Origin: Candidatus Cloacimonadota bacterium
Lineage (GTDB): Bacteria; Cloacimonadota; Cloacimonadia; G963667145
Assembly (NCBI GenBank): GCA_963667255.1
Contig: OY762940.1
Location: 96,001 to 160,000, forward strand
Length of the DNA: 64,000 nucleotides
Direction: 5' to 3'
Numbering within the stretch: position 1 is the first letter of the stretch; every line of letters starts with the position of its first letter. Below are positions 11,396-21,588 of this stretch, one piece after another. The notes below the pieces were generated by a model that was given only the letters and a program-made list of their open reading frames with translations, did no database searches and was not told where the DNA came from. A program made the position numbers and the translations under genes.

Positions 11396-12383
11396 TATAC
11401 TCAAAGAAATCTCTGCAATAACGAACAATTCCCGATTCGGCAGTTTGTGCCGCAAATCTGATACCACCAGCAATCGCATCCTCACTGCTGGAACCATGCC
11501 CAACTACGGTAATTCCCTTGAGACCAAGCAACAAAGCTCCACCGTAAACAGACGGGTCCATCTCCTTTTTGAACAAAGAAAAAACGGAACTCATAAACAA
11601 AACACCCACTTTAGCCCACAAACTCTTTTTGATTCCGCTTTTAAGCTTCTTGAGTATGAACTTGCTCGTTCCCTCGACAGACTTCAAGAAAATATTTCCC
11701 GTAAACCCATCACAGACAATCACATCCACATCTCCATACACAGCAGACGGTTCCACATTGCCGATGAAATTCACGCTTTTCTCTTTTACCAAACTGTCAT
11801 GCACCTTGACATAAAGTTGCGAGCCCTTGGTGTCTTCCTCGCCGATATTCAACAAACCAACCTTGGGACGGTCTATATCGTAATAAAAATGAGAGTACAG
11901 ACTTCCCATTTGAGCAAATTGCACCAAAACATCAGCTTTGCAATCAGCGTTTGCACCCACATCCAAAACAATCTTCGGTCTATCCACTCCAGGGAATAGC
12001 GTAGCAATAGCGGGACGAGCAATACCTTTAATCCTACCATAATTAAGCAAGGAAGCCGCCATCACGGCACCAGTATTGCCTGCAGAAAAAACAGCATCTA
12101 CTTCATTCTGAGTGGACAACTCCAAAGCTTTTACCAAGGACGAGTCCTTCTTCTTGCGAACCGCTCTAGCACCTTTGTCTTCCATAGTGATAACCTCGCG
12201 GGCATCCACTACTTCTATCTTACTTTTATCATAAGTGTACTTGCTTAGTTCACTCTCGATTTCCTCTTGCCTGCCCACCAGCACTATCTTTCCGCAAAAT
12301 CCTCTCTCAAGAGCACGAACACTACCGGCGACCTCACAAGCAGGAGCAAAATCTCCGCCAAAAGCATCTACAGCTATTTTCAT
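11334..12383 (-). CDS. plsX: Phosphate acyltransferase PlsX
   Basis: IAVDAFGGD, SAGNTGA, LDVGAN, LLNIGEE, DGFTGN. Confidence 0.96.
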   Translation of the reverse strand: MKIAVDAFGGDFAPACEVAGSVRALERGFCGKIVLVGRQEEIESELSKYTYDKSKIEVVDAREVITMEDKGARAVRKKKDSSLVKALELSTQNEVDAVFSAGNTGAVMAASLLNYGRIKGIARPAIATLFPGVDRPKIVLDVGANADCKADVLVQFAQMGSLYSHFYYDIDRPKVGLLNIGEEDTKGSQLYVKVHDSLVKEKSVNFIGNVEPSAVYGDVDVIVCDGFTGNIFLKSVEGTSKFILKKLKSGIKKSLWAKVGVLFMSSVFSLFKKEMDPSVYGGALLLGLKGITVVGHGSSSEDAIAGGIRFAAQTAESGIVRYCRDFFEYSGKKNDKISNRIKRYWSLCS

Positions 12384-12389
12384 AAATTT

Positions 12390-12575
12390 CTATTGTGCGT
12401 CAGAAACCTCTACGACCTCTTTGCCACCATAGTAACCACAACTAGTACAAAGGTGATGAGGTCTTACGGTAGCACCACAATTAGAACATTCAGAAACTCC
12501 AGGCAACACAGCCTTAAAATGAGTTCTTCTTTTTCTCTTCCTTTGTTTGGAAGTTTTTCTTTTTGGTACAGCCAT
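12390..12575 (-). CDS. rpmF: 50S ribosomal protein L32 (Zn-ribbon form)
   Basis: [10 protein letters not shown]...CSNC...[10 protein letters not shown]. Confidence 0.97.
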   Translation of the reverse strand: MAVPKRKTSKQRKRKRRTHFKAVLPGVSECSNCGATVRPHHLCTSCGYYGGKEVVEVSDAQ

Positions 12576-12682
12576 TTAAATCTCCTAAAATTTAACATTC
12601 TCTAAGTTTGCAAATTTTTCTCACCCGAATATATGTCAAGTTAAATAGGTGGCAAAAAAGTTAGAAATCCCCTAAAAACTTA

Positions 12683-13966
12683 CTACAATTTATACTCAAA
12701 TCCCAACGCAAAAATATTGTTCAACTTGCTATACTTGGTAGAAACAGAGCCACCAATTAAACCAGTTTCATCTTTATAATCATTAAGCATATAGGATATA
12801 TTCACACCAAATTTTTCTGTAAACTTGTAGCCACCGCCGCAAGCGTAAGAGTTACAATCTAATGGAGGACTCATTTGCTCTACAAGAGTATAATCATTTG
12901 CAGGTAAGCCATTTTCAGTTCTCATATAGCCGATAGTTCCCCAAATTCTCTCGGAAAAATTGTATTTTGCAGAGAAAGCCAAATCGTAAGAATTATCAGT
13001 AACCTTATCTGCAACATTATATTTATTAAGATTGCTATCGTAATTGTCCCAAGTAGCATTTTTGTCGAAATAGTAAGTAAGAGAAGTAGCAAAACTCAAT
13101 TTATCGTTCACCTCATAATTTGCACCAAATCCAAGAAGTGCAGGCAAATCACGACGATTTTTGTCACCATCTTTTTTGCCTTGACTAGACAAAACACTTT
13201 TGCCAAGAGTATTCGATTTATCGTCCAATTCGAAATCAAGATTTACTTGACTCTCATAACGAAGAGCAAATCGCAATGGTTTGAAAGGAACATAATCAAC
13301 ACTGGCAACTCCACCAAAACCACTGGCAGTTTCTCCATAATCTAAAGAAACAGCACCAGCAGCAGAAGTCATACTTGCTTCTACACTCTTATCTGCATAA
13401 ACATATCTCGCACCCAAAGCCACGGAAACTTGGTCAGTTACTTGATAAGCACCACCAGTAGTGAAAGTATAATAAACACTATTAGCTTTTACTTTATCAT
13501 CACTAAAATTAACACTGAGTGTCCCGCCATTAAGTTTTGTAGCTAAACTTGTTCCTAAAGCAAAAGTTGTAGCATTACCATCTTTGTAATCTACCGTTCC
13601 ACCGCCACCATTCGTAGTGAAGCAGCCAAAAAATCCCCAATCGTTCTTCTTATAAGTTGCAAAAGCGTTAGGAATTGTCGAAGGAGTATTTTGCTCCTTT
13701 GTGACCTCTTTGCCAACTCTCGCGTCTGTGTAGGTATGCTCATAAGTTTTTAAAATATATTGGCAATCAACACTAAAATCCCAGCCTTCATAACCAAACA
13801 TAATTCCAGCGGGGTTAAATGCCGCAATATCCGGTGCATCCACGGCTGCGTTTCTGGTCGGCTCCCCTATATAGCGTGAACCAAGATTTTGCTTATTATC
13901 GATACCTCCGGCAACCAATTGCCCCACTACCATCGTTCCCAAAACCAACATTAATATTCTTTTCAT
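12683..13966 (-). CDS. Outer-membrane beta-barrel, FadL/OmpP1/TodX family
   Basis: Signal peptide, RNAA..D...FNPAG hatch motif, amphipathic strands, C-terminal GFEYKL. Confidence 0.8.
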   Translation of the reverse strand: MKRILMLVLGTMVVGQLVAGGIDNKQNLGSRYIGEPTRNAAVDAPDIAAFNPAGIMFGYEGWDFSVDCQYILKTYEHTYTDARVGKEVTKEQNTPSTIPNAFATYKKNDWGFFGCFTTNGGGGTVDYKDGNATTFALGTSLATKLNGGTLSVNFSDDKVKANSVYYTFTTGGAYQVTDQVSVALGARYVYADKSVEASMTSAAGAVSLDYGETASGFGGVASVDYVPFKPLRFALRYESQVNLDFELDDKSNTLGKSVLSSQGKKDGDKNRRDLPALLGFGANYEVNDKLSFATSLTYYFDKNATWDNYDSNLNKYNVADKVTDNSYDLAFSAKYNFSERIWGTIGYMRTENGLPANDYTLVEQMSPPLDCNSYACGGGYKFTEKFGVNISYMLNDYKDETGLIGGSVSTKYSKLNNIFALGFEYKL

Positions 13967-14265
13967 TTTTTCTCCTCTTAATTTCGTCGAACCAATTTCA
14001 ACTAATTATTTCGAAGTCAGACTTTTTTTTCGGAAACAAATGTCAAAACCAAAGAGATTAAAAAACGAAAACAAACCTATGGGTAGGTTTTAGATTATAT
14101 TTGAGAGAGATACAACTATTCCAAAGTTAGCTATTTGTTTAATTTTTAATAAATTAGCCTTTGAACACTTGACCAAAAAAAAGCTCTCCCACCCTATTTC
14201 GAGTGAAAGAGCTAATATAAAATTTCCAGTTTAGCTTGAGAGCTAACTATCCATTTGTAAGAACG

Positions 14266-14601
14266 CTAAAGCGTAAATTGGTGCAATCCAACTTGATTGA
14301 ATTGAACAATGTTTTCCTCAACCGACCCAATTACGCCTTTGTAAACCTTGATTTTTGCCTCGTTAAATTTCTTCAATGCACCTTTGCTAATCCCACCAAC
14401 CACTACGGCATCAATTTTGTTTTCCACAAACGAAGCCATCGGATCGTATCCGTCATGGTCGGAATTTATATGTTTGTTCTCCACAGTTATAAAACCTTTT
14501 GTGCTATCATCATAGACCACAAAAAAAGGTGCAGCGACACAACTGTCCAGCACCTTACTTTTTTCAGCGTTACCGCCGTCTACAGGGAAACAAATTTTCA
14601 T
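14266..14601 (-). CDS. NifB/NifX (IssA-like) family protein
   Basis: MKICFP..., APFFVVYD, DAVVVGGI, IKVY. Confidence 0.8.
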   Translation of the reverse strand: MKICFPVDGGNAEKSKVLDSCVAAPFFVVYDDSTKGFITVENKHINSDHDGYDPMASFVENKIDAVVVGGISKGALKKFNEAKIKVYKGVIGSVEENIVQFNQVGLHQFTL

Positions 14602-14787
14602 CGCAATATCCTCCTTGGAATTTAATCGGAATCAGATTAATAAACAAAATTTAGTAGCTCCAAAAATAAAGTCAAGAAAAAAGGTTTGCACTTTAAAACT
14701 ATCCGCTAAATATTGAAAGTCAACAGATGGCAAAACAATTTTTGGAAATTATCAGACAATTAATTAACCTCGGAATAAGGAGAAAAA

Positions 14788-15117
14788 ATGAAATGGATTT
14801 TACTGTCTATCGGAATAGTCGCAGAACTTCTGGGCTCAACTTGCATGAAAATGTCGCTCGGTTTCACAAAATTATCCCCCTCAATATTCACATTCGTTTT
14901 TTGGGCAATTGGTCTTACAGTTTTTTTGTTCGCATTGAAACAGTTTGACCTGAGTTTTGCCTATGCTATATGGGCAGGTTTGGGAATCTTGGGTGTATCC
15001 TTGATAGGAATTTTCGTCTTCAAAGAACCATGCAACACTCTGAAAATAGTCTCAATCCTATTAATCGTAATCGGAGTGATTACCCTAAACATCAGCGATA
15101 TTTTGATGAGAAAATAG
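14788..15117 (+). CDS. SMR family small multidrug/metabolite exporter
   Basis: 109 aa, four TM segments, conserved TM1 Glu, AYAIWAGLG; AAGGAG RBS. Confidence 0.92.
   Translation: MKWILLSIGIVAELLGSTCMKMSLGFTKLSPSIFTFVFWAIGLTVFLFALKQFDLSFAYAIWAGLGILGVSLIGIFVFKEPCNTLKIVSILLIVIGVITLNISDILMRK
14956..15116 (+). repeat. 161-bp direct repeat, copy 1 (3' half of the SMR gene)
   Basis: Matches 18619-18779 with 2 mismatches. Confidence 0.95.
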
Positions 15118-15123
15118 TTTTCT

Positions 15124-16215
15124 TTACTTTTTCAAACCGTGTCCGGTAAAAACTGAAACAATGGTCTCGTCGCCTCTATCGCCATCTTCCAAATATTTCT
15201 CCACTCCGGCATATGCTGCCACTGCGGTCGGTTCTACATAAATCCCCATTTTTTTTACTCGTCCCCATACATCTGCCAAAAGCCGCTCAGAAACAGTTAC
15301 GAAACATCCTCCACTATCTTTAACAGCTTGCAAAATTTGCTGACATCTGATGGGCTTACTTATTGCTATTCCCTCTGCCAGAGTATCACTAACTTTGGCA
15401 ACCAATAAATTCCCTTCTCCATTTCCAAAGCTCTTAGCCAAGGGTGCACAATTCTCTGCCTGCACTCCTACAATCTTTGGTAATTTGCTGATAACTCCAC
15501 CAGCCAACAACTGCTGAAATCCCAAATAAGCACCCAAAAGCAGTGTGCCATTACCAACAGGTAAAACCACTGTATCAGGAGCAACCCAACCCAATTGCTC
15601 ACTAACCTCAAAAGCAAAAGTCTTAGTCCCTTCAAAAAAATAAGGATTGTAGCTATGGCTCGCATAATAGCTATCATGAGCCAACTCCAGTGCCTTATCA
15701 GCAACATCTTGCCGACTTCCCTCTATAGCCAATAACTCGGCTCCCACTTGAGAAATCTGTTTTAGTTTGCTAAGAGAATTAGATGCTGGAACTAAAATCT
15801 TGCTTTTTATTCCAGCTTTTGCACAATAAGCGGCTATCGCAGCTCCAGCATTACCGGAAGAATCCTCAATCACTTGCTTGATTCCCAACTCTTTTATCTT
15901 GCTAACCAAAACTGTCGCTCCTCTGTCTTTGTAAGAGCCACTGGGAAAAATATGGTCGAATTTGAATAGAATATCTTTGCCTTTCACACAAATTTTTTGC
16001 AAAGATGTAAATCCCTCGCCAAAGCTAACTCTATTTTCAAAAGACACTGGTAATACATGATGATACCGCCACAAGCTGTTCTCATTTTTATCAACTTTCC
16101 CCACATCAAAAACAATATCACTTACACAATCCAACAATCCACCACATTCACAACACCATACGGATTGAGTTTCCTCATATCTTCTGCCACATTCATTACA
16201 AATCAAATGTCCCAA
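15124..16215 (-). CDS. Threonine synthase-like PLP-dependent enzyme (fold type II)
   Basis: N-terminal Cys ribbon, PSGSYKDRG, SSGNAG, PVGNG, EPT, TGHGLK; TTG start after GAAGGAGG. Confidence 0.85.
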   Translation of the reverse strand: MGHLICNECGRRYEETQSVWCCECGGLLDCVSDIVFDVGKVDKNENSLWRYHHVLPVSFENRVSFGEGFTSLQKICVKGKDILFKFDHIFPSGSYKDRGATVLVSKIKELGIKQVIEDSSGNAGAAIAAYCAKAGIKSKILVPASNSLSKLKQISQVGAELLAIEGSRQDVADKALELAHDSYYASHSYNPYFFEGTKTFAFEVSEQLGWVAPDTVVLPVGNGTLLLGAYLGFQQLLAGGVISKLPKIVGVQAENCAPLAKSFGNGEGNLLVAKVSDTLAEGIAISKPIRCQQILQAVKDSGGCFVTVSERLLADVWGRVKKMGIYVEPTAVAAYAGVEKYLEDGDRGDETIVSVFTGHGLKK

Positions 16216-16934
16216 TTGCCTACCTCCTTCACTACTTTTTGAGCAAGAATAACGCATGGGTCTAACAAACTCACATCAAAATCTTTCTGTTGCATCGCCA
16301 AAGGAATCTCTGTACACCCCATGATAATAGCTTCAGCACCTTTTTCAATCAAATCATGAGCAACACTATCCAGTCTATCTTTTGCCCAAGAAAAATCGCC
16401 ACCGCTTTTTATTCCCTTTTCTCCATCATAAATAGCAGAGCTAACCAGATTTTTACCAAAATCATCAGGCAAAAGCAACTCTCCACAATCAAGCTGCGAA
16501 AAATAGTCCGCATAAACTCCACTGCCATAAGTTCCATGAGTTGACAACAATCCTACTTTTCGCAAATTAAGATTTTTAATCTCCAAGCAAGTTTGCTCAA
16601 CAAGATTCAAAAATGTTACATCTTTATCCTGCAAAAAATCCAAAACAGGCGATAAAATAGGAGCAGAGTGGGCAGTATTGCAAGGAATGGTTAAAATCTT
16701 CGCTCCTATTTGCAATAACTTCTCCATAACATAAATAATCCCGTAGGCAGGATTCGGCAAATTCCTGTCTTGCAGATACGCACTGCGATCCCCAATCTTT
16801 TCCGAAGCAGAAATATGATATATCTCCAAATGCTCTTGGTCTGTGCCAGCCTTAGTAGCTTCTATAATTTTTCGGTGAAAATCAACTCCGGCTAATGGAC
16901 CTACACCACCAACTATCCCAATAATTTTGCCCAT
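16203..16934 (-). CDS. Aspartate/glutamate racemase family protein
   Basis: IGIVGGVGP, PCNTAH, GCTEIP (both catalytic Cys present). Confidence 0.9.
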   Translation of the reverse strand: MGKIIGIVGGVGPLAGVDFHRKIIEATKAGTDQEHLEIYHISASEKIGDRSAYLQDRNLPNPAYGIIYVMEKLLQIGAKILTIPCNTAHSAPILSPVLDFLQDKDVTFLNLVEQTCLEIKNLNLRKVGLLSTHGTYGSGVYADYFSQLDCGELLLPDDFGKNLVSSAIYDGEKGIKSGGDFSWAKDRLDSVAHDLIEKGAEAIIMGCTEIPLAMQQKDFDVSLLDPCVILAQKVVKEVGNWDI

Positions 16935-17012
16935 AGATTCTCCTTACAAATACTATATATAAAGAGTGCCGCTCTCGGTATTCCAAAAACGACACTCAAA
17001 ATTTGATTTTTT

Positions 17013-18296
17013 CTATTTCCACTTATCCATATCAAGCAAGCCTTCACTTTTGGCAATAACAGTTGAGCAAGTCATATCTCCAGTTACATTGATACAAGTA
17101 CGACCCATATCCAAAATAGCATCAATACCCAAAATCATAGCGTAAGCAGCAGCCACAGGCGAACCAGCCTCAAGAGGCATGCCAATAGATTCCAAAACAA
17201 GCATAAGCATAATAGCACCTGCTCCGGGAACTCCTGCTGTTCCTATAGATGCCAAAACTGCCGTAACGATTACTGTGATTTGAGCACCCAAACTCAAAGG
17301 GAGCCCAACAGCAAAACCGATAAACATCGCACAAACACCTTGATAAATTGCCGTTCCATCCATGTTAATGGTAGCACCGAGTGGCAAAGAGAACGAATAA
17401 ACATCTTTGTGAATGCCCAGTTCTTCCTCAGCAGTTTTCATAGAAACAGGCAAAGTGCCACTACTGCTACGAGTAACAAAAGCAGTAATCATTGGAGCTT
17501 TTATTTTCCCCAATAATTTAATCGGTTGTAGACCGGCAAATTTTGCAATAAGAGTATAGACTATAACTACTTGCAAAATATAGCCAATAAACGCAGCCAA
17601 AGTTACAGTTCCCAAAGGACCAACAGCTTTCAGACCTTGTTTGCCGAAAACAACAGCAATAAGAGCAAAAACTCCGATAGGTGCGTATTGCATAACCCAA
17701 CGAACTATGAGATACATAACCTCAGCAGCAGCATCAAAAACATTGAACAAAGTCTCTCCGGCTTTTTTAATCCGCTCGTCTTTACTAATCTTGAGGTATG
17801 ACAAAGCTATACCGAAAATGATAGCAAAAAAGATTGAAGGCAAAATTTTGCCCGAAACAATACAATCAAGTGGATTTTGGGGAATAATATTCAAGAAAGT
17901 ATCAGCTAAACTCGGAGCGTTAGCAACTTTGCCGGCAGCTCCACCGATATTACCAAGATTAAGCCCCAATCCGGGTTTAAAAAGATTCCCCATTACAAGT
18001 CCAACAGCTACGGCAAAAGCACTGGTTATCAGATAAAAAACCACAGCCTTAATTCCGATTTTGCCCAATTTGGCAGGACTAATACTAGCTGCCCCAACTA
18101 CCAAAGTGCTCAAAACAACAGGCATAACTATCATCTTGAGAAGTCTCACAAAAATATCTCCAAGTGGTTTTAACCAAGAGATACTCTCACCACCTGCGAG
18201 ACCGACAATGGCACCTAGAATAAGCCCCAATAAAATTCTTACCAGCAAATTTGATTTAAAATACCAATCAAACATACCACTTTTTGATTCAGACAT
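17013..18296 (-). CDS. Dicarboxylate/amino acid:cation symporter (DAACS, GltP/GltPh-like)
   Basis: RSSSGTLP, GATINMDGTA, GTAGVPG, DMGRT..NVTGD. Confidence 0.93.
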   Translation of the reverse strand: MSESKSGMFDWYFKSNLLVRILLGLILGAIVGLAGGESISWLKPLGDIFVRLLKMIVMPVVLSTLVVGAASISPAKLGKIGIKAVVFYLITSAFAVAVGLVMGNLFKPGLGLNLGNIGGAAGKVANAPSLADTFLNIIPQNPLDCIVSGKILPSIFFAIIFGIALSYLKISKDERIKKAGETLFNVFDAAAEVMYLIVRWVMQYAPIGVFALIAVVFGKQGLKAVGPLGTVTLAAFIGYILQVVIVYTLIAKFAGLQPIKLLGKIKAPMITAFVTRSSSGTLPVSMKTAEEELGIHKDVYSFSLPLGATINMDGTAIYQGVCAMFIGFAVGLPLSLGAQITVIVTAVLASIGTAGVPGAGAIMLMLVLESIGMPLEAGSPVAAAYAMILGIDAILDMGRTCINVTGDMTCSTVIAKSEGLLDMDKWK

Positions 18297-18618
18297 TTTA
18301 AATTCCTCCTTACTTTTTCATTGTCTCGAAATAACAAATCAAAATTTTTATTGTCAAGTGAAAAGAAGACTAAAATAGCTTTCTATTCTCTATTGACCAT
18401 ATTTTGAGAAAAGTAAAAAAAATCATAAAATTTATGCTTTTGCCACTGGTAAATCCTGCGGGTTACATTCAATTGAATAATTTAAAAGATATTCCCGAAA
18501 AATGAGAAGCTACAAATCACCAAAGAAATGGAAAGGTTTGTCAACGAAGTCGGCTTAGTTGACAAAGTCAGAAAAACTAATTCACTTTGCGATACCACTC
18601 GTCCAAAAAAGATTGAAC

Positions 18619-18780
18619 TTTGCCTATGCTATATGGGCAGGTTTGGGAATCTTGGGTGTATCTTTGATAGGAATTTTCGTCTTCAAAGAACCATGCAACA
18701 CTCTAAAAATAGTCTCAATCCTATTAATCGTAATCGGAGTGATTACCCTAAACATCAGCGATATTTTGATGAGAAAATAA
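18619..18780 (+). pseudogene. Duplicated 3' half of the SMR gene (direct repeat copy 2)
   Basis: 159/161 identical to 14956-15116; TM1-2 absent. Confidence 0.9.
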
Positions 18781-18782
18781 TG

Positions 18783-18812
18783 AAAAAGAGAGACCGAAAA
18801 TTAGTCTCTCTT
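18783..18812. terminator. Hairpin terminator downstream of trpB
   Basis: AAGAGAGAC...GTCTCTCTT stem with A-tract (U-tract on minus strand). Confidence 0.65.
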
Positions 18813-18836
18813 AGAATGTTTTACTCAATTCTCTTT

Positions 18837-20048
18837 TTAAATAATTCCAAACTCTTTCCCGTAAGTTTTCACGACATAGTCGATATCTTTGTCGCCTCTA
18901 CCGGATAAATTCACCAAAATCGTTTGATCTTTGGGCAAAGTCGGAGCAAGTTTGAGAGCATAAGAAATGGCATGCGAAGATTCCAAAGCAGGAATAATCC
19001 CCTCTTCTCTGGAAATTTCAAAAAAAGCACTTATGGCTTCTTTATCGTTCACACTCACATAATTCACTTTGTTCAAGTCTTTTAAAAGACAATGTTCAGG
19101 TCCGACTCCCGGGTAATCCAAACCACTGGCAACAGAGTGCACTGGCAAAGGATTCCCTTCTTCATCTTGGAGCAAATAACACTTAAAGACGTGAATCATT
19201 CCCTTGCTGCCCTTGGTCATAGTTGCCGCATGTTCTCCATCTTTGAAGGAAATTCCGGCAGGTTCTACTCCGTAAAGTTTAACCTTTTCTTCGTCCAAAA
19301 AAGCAGAAAAAATTCCCATGGCATTACTGCCTCCGCCCACACAAGCTATCACATTGTCAGGCAACGAATTGGTCATCTCTCTAAATTGCTCTTTGGCTTC
19401 CCTGCCGACAATGGACTGAAAATCTCGCACCATCATCGGAAAAGGATGAGGTCCAACTACCGAGCCGATAGCATAAAGTTGATTTATCGGGTCTTTTAGA
19501 TAAGCCTGAAAAGCCACATCAACCGCTTCTTTCAAAGATTTTCCACCAACACTCACAGGAATGACATTCGCTCCCAAAATCTTCATTCTAATCACATTCG
19601 GATGCTCTTTTTCAATGTCAATTTCGCCCATATAAATATCGCATTCCATCCCAAACAAAGCTGCCACAGTTGCCAAAGCAACTCCGTGTTGACCTGCTCC
19701 GGTTTCGGCAATTACCTTCTTCTTGCCCATTTTTTTTGCCAAAAGCACTTCGCCCAAGCAATGATTGATTTTGTGAGCACCAGTGTGGTTCAAATCTTCC
19801 CTTTTGAAATAAATTTGAGCACCTTGCAATTTTTCGCTCAAAGATTTGGCAAAATAAACAGGGCTTGGTCTTCCCGTGTAATGCTTGTTCAAGTCGCTCA
19901 ACTCTTGCAAAAAGGACTCGTCTTGTCTGATTTTCAAATATGCTTCTTCTATTTCTTTCAGCACTTTTTCCAGCTCGGGTGGCACGAAAACTCCGCCAAA
20001 TTCTCCAAAATATCCATCTTGCGGTTGTGAATTTATATTATATTTCAT
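18837..20048 (-). CDS. trpB: Tryptophan synthase beta chain (stand-alone)
   Basis: [48 protein letters not shown]. Confidence 0.96.
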   Translation of the reverse strand: MKYNINSQPQDGYFGEFGGVFVPPELEKVLKEIEEAYLKIRQDESFLQELSDLNKHYTGRPSPVYFAKSLSEKLQGAQIYFKREDLNHTGAHKINHCLGEVLLAKKMGKKKVIAETGAGQHGVALATVAALFGMECDIYMGEIDIEKEHPNVIRMKILGANVIPVSVGGKSLKEAVDVAFQAYLKDPINQLYAIGSVVGPHPFPMMVRDFQSIVGREAKEQFREMTNSLPDNVIACVGGGSNAMGIFSAFLDEEKVKLYGVEPAGISFKDGEHAATMTKGSKGMIHVFKCYLLQDEEGNPLPVHSVASGLDYPGVGPEHCLLKDLNKVNYVSVNDKEAISAFFEISREEGIIPALESSHAISYALKLAPTLPKDQTILVNLSGRGDKDIDYVVKTYGKEFGII

Positions 20049-20179
20049 AATCTACTCCTATGATTAAAGTTATGTTTTTTGTTTTGAAAATATTATTTTT
20101 TGGAAAAGATAAACTTTACATTTCCAAATTTTTTAAAATACTATGATATTTTTAAGGGGGTTTTGAGTTTGTATATTTT

Positions 20180-20266
20180 TTAGACAGGCCAATGCCAAAG
20201 ACAAGTTTGCCAAAGAGATTTTGCTTTTAAATTTGGATTTAACGATAAAATTAATTGTTTTTTCAT
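20180..20266 (-). CDS. Putative Trp-rich leader peptide of trpB (28 aa)
   Basis: MKKQLILSLNPNLKAKSLWQTCLWHWPV*; AAGGAG RBS; TTGACA at 20326-20321; three Trp in the last 11 codons; ends 131 nt upstream of trpB. Confidence 0.75.
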   Translation of the reverse strand: MKKQLILSLNPNLKAKSLWQTCLWHWPV

Positions 20267-20417
20267 AAGTCAATTCTCCTTTGCATTCTATTTGCCCCGA
20301 GAAACGAAACTCAACTCTGATGTCAAGCAAAAAATAGTCTCCCAGCGAAAACCAAAAGTAAACTTGACAAAAAGTAACTACTACAAATCAAATTATACAA
20401 AAATTTTCGAGGTCAAA

Positions 20418-20864
20418 ATGATATTCGACAAAATTGAAAACTACCAACTTTACGCTAATCTTAACGAAAAAATAAGCAAAGCGTTCGACTTCCTCGTGGA
20501 TAACGACTTGAACAAAATGGAATTGGGGAAGCACACCATTGACGGCGAAGAGATTTTTGCCCTCTTGCAAGAATACGAAACCAAGAATTTGGACGACGGA
20601 AAGTTGGAAAAGCATTTCCAATACTTCGACCTGCAATATATGGTAAAAGGCACAGAACTAATCGGCATTGCCTCATTTGCAAATCAAAAGTTGCTGGAAG
20701 AGAACCGAAACGAAGATTACGGCTTTTATGTCGGAGATAGCTCACTAATCAAAATCGAAGAAGGACAATTTTTCATCTTCTTCCCCGATGACCTGCATAT
20801 GCCATGCATCAAGTTTGAACAGACTGCAAAAGTCAGGAAAGTGGTTGTTAAAATTAAATTATAA
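20418..20864 (+). CDS. YhcH/YjgK/YiaL family protein
   Basis: MIFDKIEN, EKHFQYFDLQY, FFIFFPDDLHMP, KVVVKI. Confidence 0.9.
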   Translation: MIFDKIENYQLYANLNEKISKAFDFLVDNDLNKMELGKHTIDGEEIFALLQEYETKNLDDGKLEKHFQYFDLQYMVKGTELIGIASFANQKLLEENRNEDYGFYVGDSSLIKIEEGQFFIFFPDDLHMPCIKFEQTAKVRKVVVKIKL

Positions 20865-20985
20865 ACCTATTGCAAAAGACCTTGAAGTTTTTTAATCTTT
20901 CGCCGATAACAGATTTTTATTTGACAAATTTTTAGGTGTCTCTCTTTTTCGGAATCGTAAATAAATCTTCAGTTAGGAGAAAGGA

Positions 20986-21588
20986 TTGAAATCGAATAAA
21001 CCGCCATTCCGCTTAATGACAATCAAGAATTTAATCCATTTCTTTCTTCTGTCTCTTTTCCTTGTTTCCTCCGGATGTGCCTCTCTACAAGCCTCCTATT
21101 ATGTTCTGACCGCTAATTTTGACGGGGAAACCGTCCTCCAAAGAGAACAAGAAGTTCAAACGCAACTAAAGCACATAATCAAAAACGCTAATCTGTTTAT
21201 CATCAGAGCTTACTCTCGCTCAGCCATCTCCCCCAATATCAAAAAAACTAAAGACACCACTCACAGCTTTTATGTGTTCCTGAATAGAAATGGCAATTTC
21301 AAAACTCTCAGCTTTTGTGCAACTCGCAAAATGCCCTCTTCAGAAGGTGCATGGGCTCTGAATACAAATACGGATGTCGAGTCTTATGAGAACTACATTC
21401 ACAAAAAAAATAATTGGTCTGTAGAAGAGATAAAACCCAGAAATGGCATCAGCACGCTGAAAACAGCTGAAAAAATTTTGGCAAAAATCAATAGCAACAG
21501 CACTTATTATTTCCGCTCCACACCTAACGAAAACGACGAAACAGACAATTGCAATACCGCCCTTTTGGAAACTCTCGTAGCAAATTAA
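20986..21588 (+). CDS. Hypothetical lipoprotein
   Basis: AGGAG RBS, hydrophobic stretch plus SSGC lipobox; no recognised family. Confidence 0.65.
   Translation: MKSNKPPFRLMTIKNLIHFFLLSLFLVSSGCASLQASYYVLTANFDGETVLQREQEVQTQLKHIIKNANLFIIRAYSRSAISPNIKKTKDTTHSFYVFLNRNGNFKTLSFCATRKMPSSEGAWALNTNTDVESYENYIHKKNNWSVEEIKPRNGISTLKTAEKILAKINSNSTYYFRSTPNENDETDNCNTALLETLVAN

Noticed and set aside
18420..18908. ORF 18528-18908 and upstream fragments as a gene
   Set aside because: Alternative frame across the SMR duplicate and terminator; upstream part unrecognisable
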